Program-made: the position numbers and the translations under genes
The notes under the pieces: generated by a model
What the model was told of the DNA's origin: nothing
The model's database searches: none
Seen by the model: the letters and a program-made list of their open reading frames with translations, nothing else
NCBI GenBank assembly: GCA_046290225.1
Contig: JBKAGE010000070.1
Span: 96,001-160,000 of the forward strand
Direction: 5' to 3'
DNA length: 64,000 nucleotides
Source: Bradymonadia bacterium
Lineage (GTDB): Bacteria; Myxococcota_A; Bradymonadia; UBA7976; UBA1532
Shown: positions 37,735 to 50,000 of the stretch, one piece after another
Layout of the letters: the number at the start of each line of letters is the position of its first letter
Position numbering within the stretch: the stretch's first letter is position 1

Positions 37735-37814
37735 AGCGTCTCCTCCTGGCGTCGTTCTTGCTCGTACATGTAGGTAGCATCGTCTTCGGGTCTGGCGGTG
37801 CGGGGGAGCATGAG

Positions 37815-38921
37815 ATGAACAGCCACCTCGTCGAGTGGTTCTTGAAAACACATGAGCAGGCATTGCTCGCCTGCGATGAGGATCAGCGCATCGTCGCAGT
37901 GCACGATCCCCTCGGGTTGCTCGCCGAGCTCGGCGCCGCGGTCATCGGACATGCCCTCTTCGATGCGTGGCCCGAGCTGGAAGCCCACCTGCTGGATCTT
38001 CAGGATGTCGCCGCTGGTGCACTGCCACACTGGTCCACAGACACGATATCGTGGCAGCACCTGCGCCCATCTCCTCAGGGCGTCTCGCTGTTTGTCAGCG
38101 CCGAAGGCGGGCAGCTGAGGCTGTTGCTCAAACCCGCAGCTCAGCCCCTGGCAAACGCTCGAGACACCGGGCACCTCACGGCACTTCAAAAGCGCGTCGA
38201 TCTGCTCGAGAGCCGACTCGCAGCTGCCCAAGCTGATCAGCACACCTTGCTGAGGGCCATCTCTCACGACCTTCAGTCTCCGCTGAAGACCATCTCGGTC
38301 TATGCCCAGATGATCGAAGAGACACAGCCGTTCACCGAGGTACATGCTCGGGAGATGGCTCAAGAGATCGCCACAGTGGCGCGCAGCAGCGGCGCCCTGG
38401 TGGCCAAGCTTCTGGAGTATGCCCGCATCGATCGGCAGACCCTCACTGTCGGCCCGGTCGATCTGTCGATCCTGATGACGCAAATCGTCCGACAACATGA
38501 CGGCGACATTCAGCGACTGGGTGCCACCGTCGATCTCTCGGGGCCCTTCCCCGCGGTGGTCACCAGCGAGGTGTTGCTCACTCAAGTCCTGGGGAACTTC
38601 ATCTCCAACGGACTCAAGTATGTTCGGCCAGGTCAAACACCACAGCTGCACGTGACGGCTCAATGGATCGCTCGACGACTCCGCATCGCCGTAGCCGACG
38701 AGGGGATCGGGATCCCCGCTGAAGCAGCGACGCGGATCTTCAAACCCTTCGAGCGCCTGCACGGCCGTGCGGAGACGCGCTATGGCGGGTGTGGTCTCGG
38801 TTTGTCCATCGCAGCCCGGGCGGCCCATCGACTTGGTGCCTCTCTCGGCGCAGCCCCCAGAGCCGGGGGCGGCTCGATCTTCTGGATCGACTTCCCCGAG
38901 GCAGCCTCCAAGAGGCCCTAG
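37815..38921 (+). CDS. cytoplasmic sensor histidine kinase
   Basis: H box SHDLQSPL, N box NFISNGLKY, DEGIGI, IFKPF, GCGLGL; no TM segment. Confidence 0.9.
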   Translation: MNSHLVEWFLKTHEQALLACDEDQRIVAVHDPLGLLAELGAAVIGHALFDAWPELEAHLLDLQDVAAGALPHWSTDTISWQHLRPSPQGVSLFVSAEGGQLRLLLKPAAQPLANARDTGHLTALQKRVDLLESRLAAAQADQHTLLRAISHDLQSPLKTISVYAQMIEETQPFTEVHAREMAQEIATVARSSGALVAKLLEYARIDRQTLTVGPVDLSILMTQIVRQHDGDIQRLGATVDLSGPFPAVVTSEVLLTQVLGNFISNGLKYVRPGQTPQLHVTAQWIARRLRIAVADEGIGIPAEAATRIFKPFERLHGRAETRYGGCGLGLSIAARAAHRLGASLGAAPRAGGGSIFWIDFPEAASKRP

Positions 38922-39001
38922 AGCTTCAGTGTCTGCCTGATAACGCTCTCAATCTCGGGGCGTGGCCATCTCTATGAAGATGCTGGTCCGAGGTTTGGCA
39001 T

Positions 39002-39017
39002 AGCAAACTTCACACCA
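39002..39017 (-). promoter_or_regulatory. candidate sigma54 promoter facing left into the kinase 3' end
   Basis: Minus strand TGGTGT-GAAGT-TTGCT: GG-N10-GC, perfect -12 element, imperfect -24 element. Confidence 0.45.
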
Positions 39018-39074
39018 TCACCCATCGAGATGTGTGCATCAGAGATACGGCGAAATGTTCGGTGGGCTGAAGCG

Positions 39075-39128
39075 TGAAACGTCTCAAAGAGACACACCTA
39101 ATGAGACACAACCGTCTCAGAGAGACAC
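39075..39128. promoter_or_regulatory. palindromic GTCTC-N3-GAGAC sites, candidate enhancer-binding-protein UAS
   Basis: GTCTCAAAGAGAC at 39081-39093 and GTCTCAGAGAGAC at 39114-39126 (33 bp apart), plus a TGAGAC half-site at 39102. Confidence 0.55.
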
Positions 39129-39146
39129 TCTCTTCACTGTATGTGC

Positions 39147-40601
39147 TCAGAGCTGGTCGAGATCTTCCCACTGGCTGTGTACAGGCGTCTCGGGGGCATC
39201 GAACCGACGGTAGGTGTGGGCGCCGAAGTAGTCGCGTTGCGCCTGGATGACGCTGGCGGTACCGCGGCCGTGGGCGAGTGTGTCGAAGTAGGCCAGCGAG
39301 GCGCTTAAGCCCGGTACGGGACGCCCAGCGGCGATGGCCTCCCGCACCACAGTCCGCAGGGCGGGGATACGCTCGGTGAGATCCTGGGCGAAGTCGGGCG
39401 ACAGCGCCAGCGAGGGCAAGTCGGGATCAGCCTTGAAGGCATCGTAGACCCGATCGAGGAAGGCGGCCCGGATGATACAGCCAGCCTTCCAGATGCGGGC
39501 GATCTCGGGCAGATCTGTCTCATACCCACGGGCCTCAGATCCGGCGCGGAGCAAGGCGAAGCCCTGGGTATAGCTCATGAGCTTGGCGGCATAGAGCGCA
39601 TCGCCGAGCACATCGTCGCTCAGCACCGGCACGTAATCAGGGGTGGGGAACGCCACGTCTGCCCGCTCGCGCACGGCCTTCATCGCCGAGAGGGCTCGGC
39701 CGTCGACGGCGGCGGTCACCGTCGGTACGGGCACGCCCAGCTCGATGGCGGAGATCGAGGTCCAACGGCCAGTGCCCTTCTGCCCTGCCACGTCGAGGAT
39801 CTGCGCCACGAGGGGCCCGTCGCCCTGAGGATCTCGGGCGCCGACGATGTCGGCGGTGATCTCGATGAGGTACGAGGCGAGAGGGCCACTGTTGTACGCC
39901 TGGAAGGCGGTGCGCATCTGCTGGGGCGTGTGCCCCATGGCCGACATGAGGCCATAGACCTCGGCGATGAGCTGCATGTCGCCGTACTCGATGCCGTTGT
40001 GCACCATCTTCACAAAGTGACCGGCGCTGCCGTAACCACACCACGTGACGCAGGGGCCGCTGTCACTCACCGCTGCAGCAGGTGTGAGCACGGGGCCGAG
40101 GATCTCCCAGGAGTCTTTGTCACCGCCGGGCATCATCGAGGGCCCCTCAAGGGCGCCCTTCTCGCCGCCGCTCACGCCCATGCCGAAGAAGCTGAAGCCC
40201 CGCTCGTCGGCCCACTTCACCCGACGCTCGGTGTTGGGGAAGTGGGAGTTCCCACCGTCGATGACGATGTGACGCCCACCCTCGGAAGGCCGCGCGGCGA
40301 GCACGGGGGCCAGGGCCTCCAGGACCAGATCGACCACCTTACCGGCGGTGACCATGAGCAACATACGGGCGGGGGCCCCCTGAAAAGCCGTGAGCAGAGA
40401 CGCATAGTCGTCGCAGACGACAAAACGCCCCCCATCGCCTTCAGCGCCGTACTCGGTGATGAACTCTGCCCGGCGGGCGTCTCTGACGTCGAAGACCGCC
40501 ACAGTCTGGCCCCGACTGCGGAAGTTGCGCGCGAGGCTGGTGCCCATGACCCCGAGGCCGATGATGGCGATGTCTGCCGGTGGGTGGGAAGTGTGCTCCA
40601 T
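39147..40601 (-). CDS. gnd: NADP-dependent 6-phosphogluconate dehydrogenase
   Basis: IGLGVMG, IDGGNS, GVSGGEKGALEGPS, GHFVKMVHNGIEYGDMQLIAE, GQKGTGRWT, QAQRDYFGAHTY. Confidence 0.96.
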   Translation of the reverse strand: MEHTSHPPADIAIIGLGVMGTSLARNFRSRGQTVAVFDVRDARRAEFITEYGAEGDGGRFVVCDDYASLLTAFQGAPARMLLMVTAGKVVDLVLEALAPVLAARPSEGGRHIVIDGGNSHFPNTERRVKWADERGFSFFGMGVSGGEKGALEGPSMMPGGDKDSWEILGPVLTPAAAVSDSGPCVTWCGYGSAGHFVKMVHNGIEYGDMQLIAEVYGLMSAMGHTPQQMRTAFQAYNSGPLASYLIEITADIVGARDPQGDGPLVAQILDVAGQKGTGRWTSISAIELGVPVPTVTAAVDGRALSAMKAVRERADVAFPTPDYVPVLSDDVLGDALYAAKLMSYTQGFALLRAGSEARGYETDLPEIARIWKAGCIIRAAFLDRVYDAFKADPDLPSLALSPDFAQDLTERIPALRTVVREAIAAGRPVPGLSASLAYFDTLAHGRGTASVIQAQRDYFGAHTYRRFDAPETPVHSQWEDLDQL

Positions 40602-40615
40602 CAGAGACTCCTTGT

Positions 40616-41355
40616 TCACAGATCTCGGGCGACGGCGGGGTCGACGACCCAGCGGGTAGAACCTGTGGCCTCTCTCAGCAAGGCCCCGAGGGGCAACTCG
40701 CCGTCGAGGGCCTGAGCGAAGACGGTGGCCTTGTCGGCCCCCCGCGCCACCACCACCCGGTGCCGCGCCTCGGCGAGCACCCCGAGGGTGAGGCTGAGGC
40801 GCCCGGCGGGGGGCTTGGGGCTGTCGGTGACGGCGACGGCGCAGCCCTCGACCTCGAGGGCCTCGTGATCGGGAAACAACGAGGCGATGTGGCCATCTGG
40901 TCCTGCACCCAACAGCGCCAGATCGATTGCGCCATCGAAGCGATCGAGGAAGGCCGGCGTGAACTGCGCTCGGGCGTCCTCGGGATCAATGCCGTGCATG
41001 GACAAAACGTCGCCGGGCAAGACAGAAACGTGCTGGAGCCAGTGACGCCACGCGAGGTGCAGGTTGGTGTCGGGGTGCCAGGCTGACCACCGGGGCATGC
41101 CCTCATCGGCCAGTGCCGGGCCCGCGTCGGTGGTGGGCAGAATCCGCTCGTCGGCCCAGGTGATGGCCAGCGCAGGGTAATACGCCTCCGGCAGATGATC
41201 GCGCAGCCACTCGAAGAGCGGCTGTGGTGTGGAGCCGCCACTCAAGGCGATGCGGCACCGCCCCTGCTCGCCAAGGCACTGCTCGATGATGTCGAGCACC
41301 AGCGGCCCGGAGGCGAGGGCCGGCGCGTCATCGATGGTGATTTCGGGGCGCCACA

Positions 41356-41356
<1 letters not shown>
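40616..41356 (-). CDS. pgl: 6-phosphogluconolactonase
   Basis: IALSGGSTP, WADER, LLGAGPDGHIASLFP, DSPKPPAGRLSLT; lies between zwf and gnd. Confidence 0.92.
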
Positions 41357-42903
<1,547 letters not shown>

Positions 42904-43020
42904 GGTGACCTCTCTATGTGTGGGATTGCCGCCTTCCGGTGTAGTCGGGGACTGCACGCACAGCAAGTTGCTGCCATCTTTCGGCAGCCCGCGGTCTCGA
43001 AAAACCCCCTTGGGGTGAGC

Positions 43021-44184
43021 TCAGCGGGTGATGTCAACGGCGCTCAGGGTGAGGCCGAGGTGGTGGGCGAAGGCCTGAGCTTCAGCTTCGACTTCGGGCA
43101 TCAAGCTGTCTCTCCACAGGCTCAGGGGGCTCACGGTCACCGACACCGTCTTCCCCTTCTTCTTGTGGCTCCAGGTGGCGGCGATCTGCCCTTCGGCGAT
43201 CACCGTGGCCGACACCACCGCCGCTCGCTTCCAGACCAGGGACTCTTCTGCAGCATTGGGCAGAATCAGCCCCTTGTCCTTGTGACCCATGAGGGCGGTG
43301 TCGTACGCCGGCAGCAGCCGCGTGGGCCACGGGCCCACCGGCGCCTGCAGCGCCTCGACGTCGGGCCGCAGCACCATCAGCTCGCTGCGATCACCACATC
43401 GACACCACACCACCTCGCCAGCGAAGGCTTTGCCCCACTTTCTCACCTCGCTGATCTTGGCGCCGAGGTGGTAGGCGATGTCTCTGAGACTCGCGGGGCC
43501 AAAGGCAGACAGATAACGCAGGCCGATGCGTCCGTGGGCCTCGAAGACGCCGTATGGCGCCCACTTCAGATCCGGGCACCAGTGGCGCCGGTGCACATAG
43601 GCCTGGGTCGACCCCTGTTTTCGAGCGAAGACGATGTCGCCTCGCCGGGCCAGACACCAGATCAGCCGGGTGGCGGCGAAGTGAGCGGGCTTGCCCTGCA
43701 CCGCCGGATGATCCGTGAGCGTGTCGACGTATGCTTCAGGGATGTGAGGGATGAGATCTGCGCGGGTCATGGGCCCACCGTGGGCCTCGAAGACCTCGGC
43801 CATCTGCGCCACCACCGCCTCGTCCGGGAACCCACCGCGGCGCCCGGAAGTGGCCCACGCCTGGCTGCCGGCATTCATCAGGGGTAAATCGCGCTGATCA
43901 TAGAGGTGCAGGGTGCCGCGCTGGCCCCAGGTGCGCACCAGCGGGTGTGTTCCCTCGGCGATGAGGGCGGTGAGGGCCGCAGCAGTGGGTCGGTGCCCAT
44001 CTGCGTCAGGGGCGGTGCGCATGCTCAACGCGTGGAGCGCGCACGACTCCACCTGGGCCTGGGCCCCGAGGATTTTGCGCGCGCACTGCACGGGATCAGC
44101 AGCGCCCGGGCCTACGAGGAAGCCGCGCTGGGCGCGAAAATACCTGAGCTGCTCAGGGGTGATGGTCAAAGTCGCCGGGGGCAC
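43021..44184 (-). CDS. AlkZ-like (HTH_42 winged-helix) DNA glycosylase family protein
   Basis: GAQAQ (QxQ) motif, LVRTWGQRGTLH, RYLSAFGPAS..D, RLLPAYD, ATW. Confidence 0.82.
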   Translation of the reverse strand: MPPATLTITPEQLRYFRAQRGFLVGPGAADPVQCARKILGAQAQVESCALHALSMRTAPDADGHRPTAAALTALIAEGTHPLVRTWGQRGTLHLYDQRDLPLMNAGSQAWATSGRRGGFPDEAVVAQMAEVFEAHGGPMTRADLIPHIPEAYVDTLTDHPAVQGKPAHFAATRLIWCLARRGDIVFARKQGSTQAYVHRRHWCPDLKWAPYGVFEAHGRIGLRYLSAFGPASLRDIAYHLGAKISEVRKWGKAFAGEVVWCRCGDRSELMVLRPDVEALQAPVGPWPTRLLPAYDTALMGHKDKGLILPNAAEESLVWKRAAVVSATVIAEGQIAATWSHKKKGKTVSVTVSPLSLWRDSLMPEVEAEAQAFAHHLGLTLSAVDITR

Positions 44185-44403
44185 GAGACACCTCTTTGCT
44201 GTTCATTTGCGCAGTGTCTTACAGCGCAGCCCCCACCGCAATCCTTCCGCCTGCTCCAGAGCCCTCGGTGGGCTCGTTCAAGGCCAGGGCGCCGAGGGAC
44301 TCGTCAGCTCGGAAAATCGCATCACCCTGGCGGTGGCCCGTGATCCTGCGATAGGAGGGGGCGACGTGACCTTCTATTGGGTGGCCTCGATGGAGTCTGA
44401 GCC

Positions 44404-47004
44404 ATGACCGAGCCGGTGCAGTTCGTCGTCCTCAAATTCGGTGGCACCAGCGTGGCCACCGCCGATCGCTGGCGCACCATCGCCGACCTCGTCCGCCAGC
44501 GGCAGGCAGAGGGTTTGATCCCGGTGGTGGTGTGCTCGGCCCTCTCAGGCATCTCCGATTTGCTGCAGCGTCTGCTCGACGACGCCCTCGCGGAGCGGCA
44601 CACAGAGACCCTCGCAGAGATCGAGGCCCGCCACGCTGCCCTCGCCGAGGCCCTCGGCCTCGAGGGTTTGCCAGCGGAGGTCCGCTCTGCTCACGCGCTG
44701 TTGGAGCGGCTCACCCTCGGGGCCTCGCTCGCCGGTGAGTACACACCCCGCATGCAGGCCCGGGTCATGGCCCAGGGCGAGCTGATGTCCACGCAACTCG
44801 GGGCTGCGTGGCTCAGCGCCTCTGGTGTTCAGGTCACCTGGGTCGACGCCCGAAGCTGTCTGAGCACTGCCGCAGACCCGGATCGTCCGCTCGCGGCGCG
44901 TTACCTCGACGCCCGGGTGGAGGATCACGCCGACGAGGCCCTGGCTGCGCGCCTGAGCGCATACAAGGCAGTCATCACCCAGGGCTTCATCGCCGCGGGT
45001 CCTGGCGGCGAGACCGCCTTGCTCGGCCGCGGCGGCTCGGACACCTCGGGGGCGCTCTTCACGGCCCGGTTGTCTCCAAAGGTGGCGCGGCTCGAGATCT
45101 GGACCGACGTGCCGGGGGTATACACAGCCAACCCCCGAGAGGTGCCCGACGCCCGCCTCCTGACCCGGCTCGACTACGACGAGGCCCAGGAGATCGCCAC
45201 CGCCGGCGCCAAGGTACTGCACCCCCGCAGCCTCGGTCCGGTGCGGCGCCACGGTGTACCTCTGCACTTGAAGTGCACCCCCCGCCCCGAGCTGCCTGGC
45301 ACGGTCATCGCCGCCCAGGGGGCCGCTGGCGCCGAGGTCAAGGCCATCGCCCTGCGCAAGGGGGTGGCTCTGGTGTCGATGAACACCCTCGGCATGTGGC
45401 AGCAGGTCGGGTTCCTCGCGGACATCTTCGGAGCGTTCAAACGCCACGGCGCCAGCGTCGATCTGGTGAGCACCAGCGAGTCGAACGTCACCGCCAGCCT
45501 CGACGCCGGGCAAGCAGGTGTGGATCTCGACGCGCTGCTCGCCGATCTCAACGACCTGTGTGCCGCGAGGCTGATCACGGGCTGCGCTGCCATCAGCCTG
45601 GTGGGTCGGCGCATCCGGGCGATTCTGCACCGTCTGGGCCCCGCCCTCTCGGCCTTTGAAGAGCAGCGCATTCACATGGTGGCTCAGGCGGCGAGCGATC
45701 TGAACCTCACCCTGGTGGTGGACGAGCGCTCGGCCGACACGGCGATGCAGCGCTTGCACGGTCTGCTCTTCGGTGAAGGCGCGCCCCGGCCGGGCCTCGG
45801 CCCCACCTGGCGCGAGATCTTCGCCCCTGCACAGGGCGCAGCGCCGACGCCAGACACCACCGCCTCCACCTCTGAGGTCTGGTGGCGACGAGAGACAGAG
45901 GCGCTGCTCCAGCTCGCCACCGAGCAGACCCCGACGTACGTCTACAGCTCTGCGGAGCTACAAGCCTCTGCTCAGGCCCTCACCTCGCTGAGCCACGTCG
46001 ATCGCGTGCTCTACGCCATCAAAGCCAATGATCACCCCGAGGTGTTGCAGCACCTCGCTGCTGGCGGCGTGCAGGGCTTCGAGTGTGTCAGCGTCGGCGA
46101 GCTCGACCACCTCGCCAGCGCCCTGCCGAGCTGGCCAGCCGCTCAGACCCTCTTCACCTCGAACTTCGCCAGCAAGGACGAACTCGCCGAGGGCATCCGT
46201 CGAGGTGGCATGATCACCATCGACGCCTTGCACCCGCTGCAGACCTGGCCCGAGATCTTCGCGGGTCGCGAGATCATGTTGCGGCTCGATCCAGGACGTG
46301 GTCAGGGACACCACGCCCACGTGCGCACCGCAGGGCCCCAGAGCAAGTTCGGCATCTCCCCGGCACACGTAGAAGCCGCAGTGGCCGCGGCGAGGGCTGC
46401 GGGGGCGAAGATCACGGGCCTGCACGCCCACGCTGGCAGCGGCATCCTCGACGGCACGAGCTGGCAGCACACGGCCCTGTTCCTTGCCGAGGCCGCCCGG
46501 GCCTGCCCCGAAGCCCGAGTGCTTGATCTCGGCGGCGGCCTCGGCGTCGTGGAGAAGCCCGGTCAGCGCCCCCTCGACCTGCAACAGCTCGACGAGACCC
46601 TGGGGCAGTTCAAAGCCGCCCATCCGGGCTTCGATCTCTGGCTCGAGCCCGGACGATTCCTCGTGGCCACCGCGGGGGTGATCCTCACCCGGGTGACGCA
46701 GATCAAGACCAAGGGCGATCGCCGCTACATCGGCGTCGATGCAGGCATGCACACCCTCATCCGCCCGGCGCTGTACGGGGCATGGCATCAGATCGTGAAC
46801 CTGAGTAAGCTCGGTGCCCCCCTGGATTGGCGGGCCAACATCGTGGGGCCAATTTGCGAGACGGGCGACACGCTGGGTCGGGATCGGGCGCTCCCCGTCA
46901 CCGAGGAAGGCGATGTGTTGCTCATCGCCACCGCTGGGGCATACGGCAGGGTGATGTCGTCGGATTACAACCGTCGAGGGTGGGCACGAGAGGTGATGCT
47001 GTAA
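44404..47004 (+). CDS. lysAC: bifunctional aspartate kinase / diaminopimelate decarboxylase
   Basis: VLKFGGTSV, TQGFI, LGRGGSDTS, IWTDVPG, ACT domains, then YAIKAN, ECVS, SKFG, LDLGGG, EPGRF, GPICETGD. Confidence 0.93.
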   Translation: MTEPVQFVVLKFGGTSVATADRWRTIADLVRQRQAEGLIPVVVCSALSGISDLLQRLLDDALAERHTETLAEIEARHAALAEALGLEGLPAEVRSAHALLERLTLGASLAGEYTPRMQARVMAQGELMSTQLGAAWLSASGVQVTWVDARSCLSTAADPDRPLAARYLDARVEDHADEALAARLSAYKAVITQGFIAAGPGGETALLGRGGSDTSGALFTARLSPKVARLEIWTDVPGVYTANPREVPDARLLTRLDYDEAQEIATAGAKVLHPRSLGPVRRHGVPLHLKCTPRPELPGTVIAAQGAAGAEVKAIALRKGVALVSMNTLGMWQQVGFLADIFGAFKRHGASVDLVSTSESNVTASLDAGQAGVDLDALLADLNDLCAARLITGCAAISLVGRRIRAILHRLGPALSAFEEQRIHMVAQAASDLNLTLVVDERSADTAMQRLHGLLFGEGAPRPGLGPTWREIFAPAQGAAPTPDTTASTSEVWWRRETEALLQLATEQTPTYVYSSAELQASAQALTSLSHVDRVLYAIKANDHPEVLQHLAAGGVQGFECVSVGELDHLASALPSWPAAQTLFTSNFASKDELAEGIRRGGMITIDALHPLQTWPEIFAGREIMLRLDPGRGQGHHAHVRTAGPQSKFGISPAHVEAAVAAARAAGAKITGLHAHAGSGILDGTSWQHTALFLAEAARACPEARVLDLGGGLGVVEKPGQRPLDLQQLDETLGQFKAAHPGFDLWLEPGRFLVATAGVILTRVTQIKTKGDRRYIGVDAGMHTLIRPALYGAWHQIVNLSKLGAPLDWRANIVGPICETGDTLGRDRALPVTEEGDVLLIATAGAYGRVMSSDYNRRGWAREVML

Positions 47005-47019
47005 GAAGCCCTCTGAGGC

Positions 47020-50000
47020 TCAGCCGTTGAGCGCCACCAGCTCGGGCGGCGCCGCCGCGCCCACAGTCGACAGCATCGCTTCTGCTCTCAATCGATCGGT
47101 GGCACCGTCACCGGCCTTGATCGTGTCTCGGGCCACCCCCAACACCCCCAACGCCAGGGCCTGAACCACGGGGTTCTGGGTGTTGTCGGTGAAGTTCGCC
47201 AGGCGCGTCGTCACCCGCTTGGCGCCATCACTCACCAGCTCCCCACAGGCCGTGAGGATCTCCAGCCAGCTCTCCGGCGTGGGCACGGCCCGGCGGAGAG
47301 GACGAAGCATGTCGACCAGCTGTCCGCGGGCGGCGCTGGTCACCGCTTTCTCACCACGGCGCCAGGCCTGCAAGGCCATGACTGCATGGGCCCGAGCCAT
47401 GAGCAGGATCACCTCACCGGCGGGCTCGCGGCGGGCCACCATGGGCTCGAGGGCGCCATCGTCCCGCAGGGCTCGAAGCGTGCGGATCGCCAGCTCCGGT
47501 GCCCCCTCGTGCAAGGCCAGCCGGGCTCGGGCGAGGCTGAGCCAGACCTGAGGCTGCGCCGCCGGCGCGTCGGACCAGACCGCTTCACCCTCGTCGAGCA
47601 GCCGGGCCGCGAGCAGAGGCGCGCCCGCGGCCATGTGCACGTTGGCCATCAAGGTGCAGGCCTGAGCCAGCCCCCCATAAAGCTTTCGGCCGCGGGCCTC
47701 TCTCAGCAGGCTCCGGGCCAGCTCTCGCGCCTGGGGCAGACGACCCAGCTGAAGGGCCAGCACACCCTGAGCCAGGCGCACGCGGTAGGCGTTGAGATCG
47801 TAGGCGGTCATGCCGTGGGTGTCGTTGGAGAGCAGAAGCTCCAACCCACGCAGGGCCTCGTCGAGGCGGCCCTCGGCCTGTCGAACGGAGACCTCGGAGA
47901 GGGCTTGCGCGGCCACATAGGCCCGAGCCTCGGCCCCTTGCAGGCGATCAGCGCCCTCCTGGGCTTTCTTCAGCAGCCGCGCGGCACGAGAGACCGAGCG
48001 CTGGCGGTTCTCACCAGAGAGCAACCGGGCCCTGACCAGACGGGCGAAAGGCGAGTCTGCCTGCCCGAGCATCTCGCCGGCGCGGATCGGATCGAGCGGC
48101 GTCAGCAAATCGGCGAGGCGCACGCGGGCGTCGGCGTCGGTCACCTGATCCAGACGGGGGGCCACCACCTTGAGGTGTCCGGCCATGAGGTGCAGCTCGA
48201 GCTGCCGGGCCATCCACCGATCCCGCTCGTGCCCTTTCTGATGTGCCACCAGAGGCTCGAGGGCCTGGGCCGCGTCTTCGTAACGACCGATCTCCGTCAG
48301 GGCTGCTACGAGCCGGCTGCGCACCTGCTCGACATCGACACCTTCAGGGGGCTGTTCAAGGACCAGATTCAGCCACTCGGCGGTCCGCTCTGGCTGAGCT
48401 CGACGCTCGCTCTCCTGCGAAGCCTGAAGCGCAAACTCCGCCGCCCGCTCCGAGGTGCCTGCGGCATCGAAGTGGAACGACACCGCCTCGACTGGGCCAC
48501 CCACGGCGGAATACGCCTCGGCGAGCAGACGGTGTACTTGCGCCTTGAGCGCCGGGCTCAAAGCCTCTTGGGCCACCTGCTTCAAACGCTGATGCGGCAT
48601 GCGCAACACCAGCCCGCCCTCGCGGGACTCCACATGGAGCATCGCCATGGCCGCCATGCGATCGATGGCCTCGTACAGGCGGGAGGGCGGCAGCTCGGTG
48701 GCATGCTCCAATACCGCTGAAGGCACCGGGAACGGGCTCAACGACACCGCCGCCATCACCCGGCGCCCCGGGCCATCGAGGGACACGATCTCGTTGCGCA
48801 GCAGCTGCTCCAGGCTCACGTGGGCCGAAGACTGCCCCGGATAGCGCTTGAGGAACCTCACCAGCTCCGAGAGGTAGTAGGGGTTGCCCTCCGACTCCTC
48901 GTGCAGCTGCTGGATCACGGTGGGGGCCGGCTCTTCGCCCAGAGCACCGCCGAGCATGGCCTCGGTCTCCACGAGGGAGAGCGGATCGAGCACGAGGTGA
49001 TGACCCGCCTCACTCACCTCTGCCATCTCCATCAGCGCCTGCACCGCCGGCGTCACCCGCGTGCCGTCCACGGAGAGCAGCAGCATGATGGGCATACGGC
49101 GGATGTCTTGCTGGAGCGCCTCCACGAGCTGCACCGTCAGCGGATCGGCAAAATGCAAGTCGTCGATCATCACGATGAGCAGGCGATCTCTCGCCAACCC
49201 TGCGATGAGGGTTTTGAGGGCCAGGGCCGCGGCACCTTCGTCGGGCTCTGCGCCAGGGGGCGAAAGCGGCAAGTCTTCAGGGAGAAGATCGGTGAGGAAC
49301 GGGAACACCTCGATGAGACGCCCACGCTGCCCGGCAGGCAGCTGCCTGATCAGCTCGCTCGCCTGTCGGCGATACCCTTCGGCGAGGCGCTCCACCACCG
49401 TATCGAGGCCTCGGGCAGGCACGTGATCGCGCTGCACACAGGCTCCCATCACCGCAGCTGCGCCATACAGCTTCGCCTCGGCTGCAAAGGCTTTGAGCAA
49501 GGCTGTGCGGCCGGCGCCGGGCGTACCCTCGACAAAGACCACCTGACCCGCTTGCGCGCTCCGGATCGACTCCACCGTGGAGATCAGAGTCTTGCGCAGC
49601 GTGCGCCGGCCCACGAACTCGAAGCTGTCGGCCGAGATCTCTGCCTCGACCTCACCCCCGAGCATCTCGATGGCCTCTCGAGCCCCCGGCCGAGCCTCGG
49701 GCGCCTTGGACAGCAGTGCCATGCACAGGCGATCGAGATCGTTGGGCAGCCCCGGGGCCCGCTCCCTGAGAGAGGGCGGATCCTTCCGGTGGTGCATCAC
49801 CAGGATCTCGTTGTCGTCGTCGCCATAGAAAGGCGGCTGCCCCGCGAGCATCTCGTAGAGCACCACTCCAGCGGCGTAGAGATCGCTCGCCGGGGTGATC
49901 TTCGTCGAGCCGATGGACTGCTCCGGGCTCATGTAGATCGCCGTGCCGAAGACCTGCGAAGGTTGCGGCTCGCCGGGGTGCACCTCGTTGAGCTCTCGCA

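Noticed and set aside
37731..38828. 365-aa minus-strand ORF antisense to the kinase, whose stop overlaps the activator start (GTGA)
   Set aside because: It reads as the typical antisense shadow of a histidine kinase in GC-rich DNA and has no recognisable domain. The overlap is probably chance, though worth rechecking if the 39002 promoter is real.
44185..44403. Possible lysine riboswitch upstream of lysAC
   Set aside because: Some hairpins are present (CCCTCGGTG/CGCCGAGGG) but I could not find the L-box consensus; an Rfam RF00168 scan would settle it.
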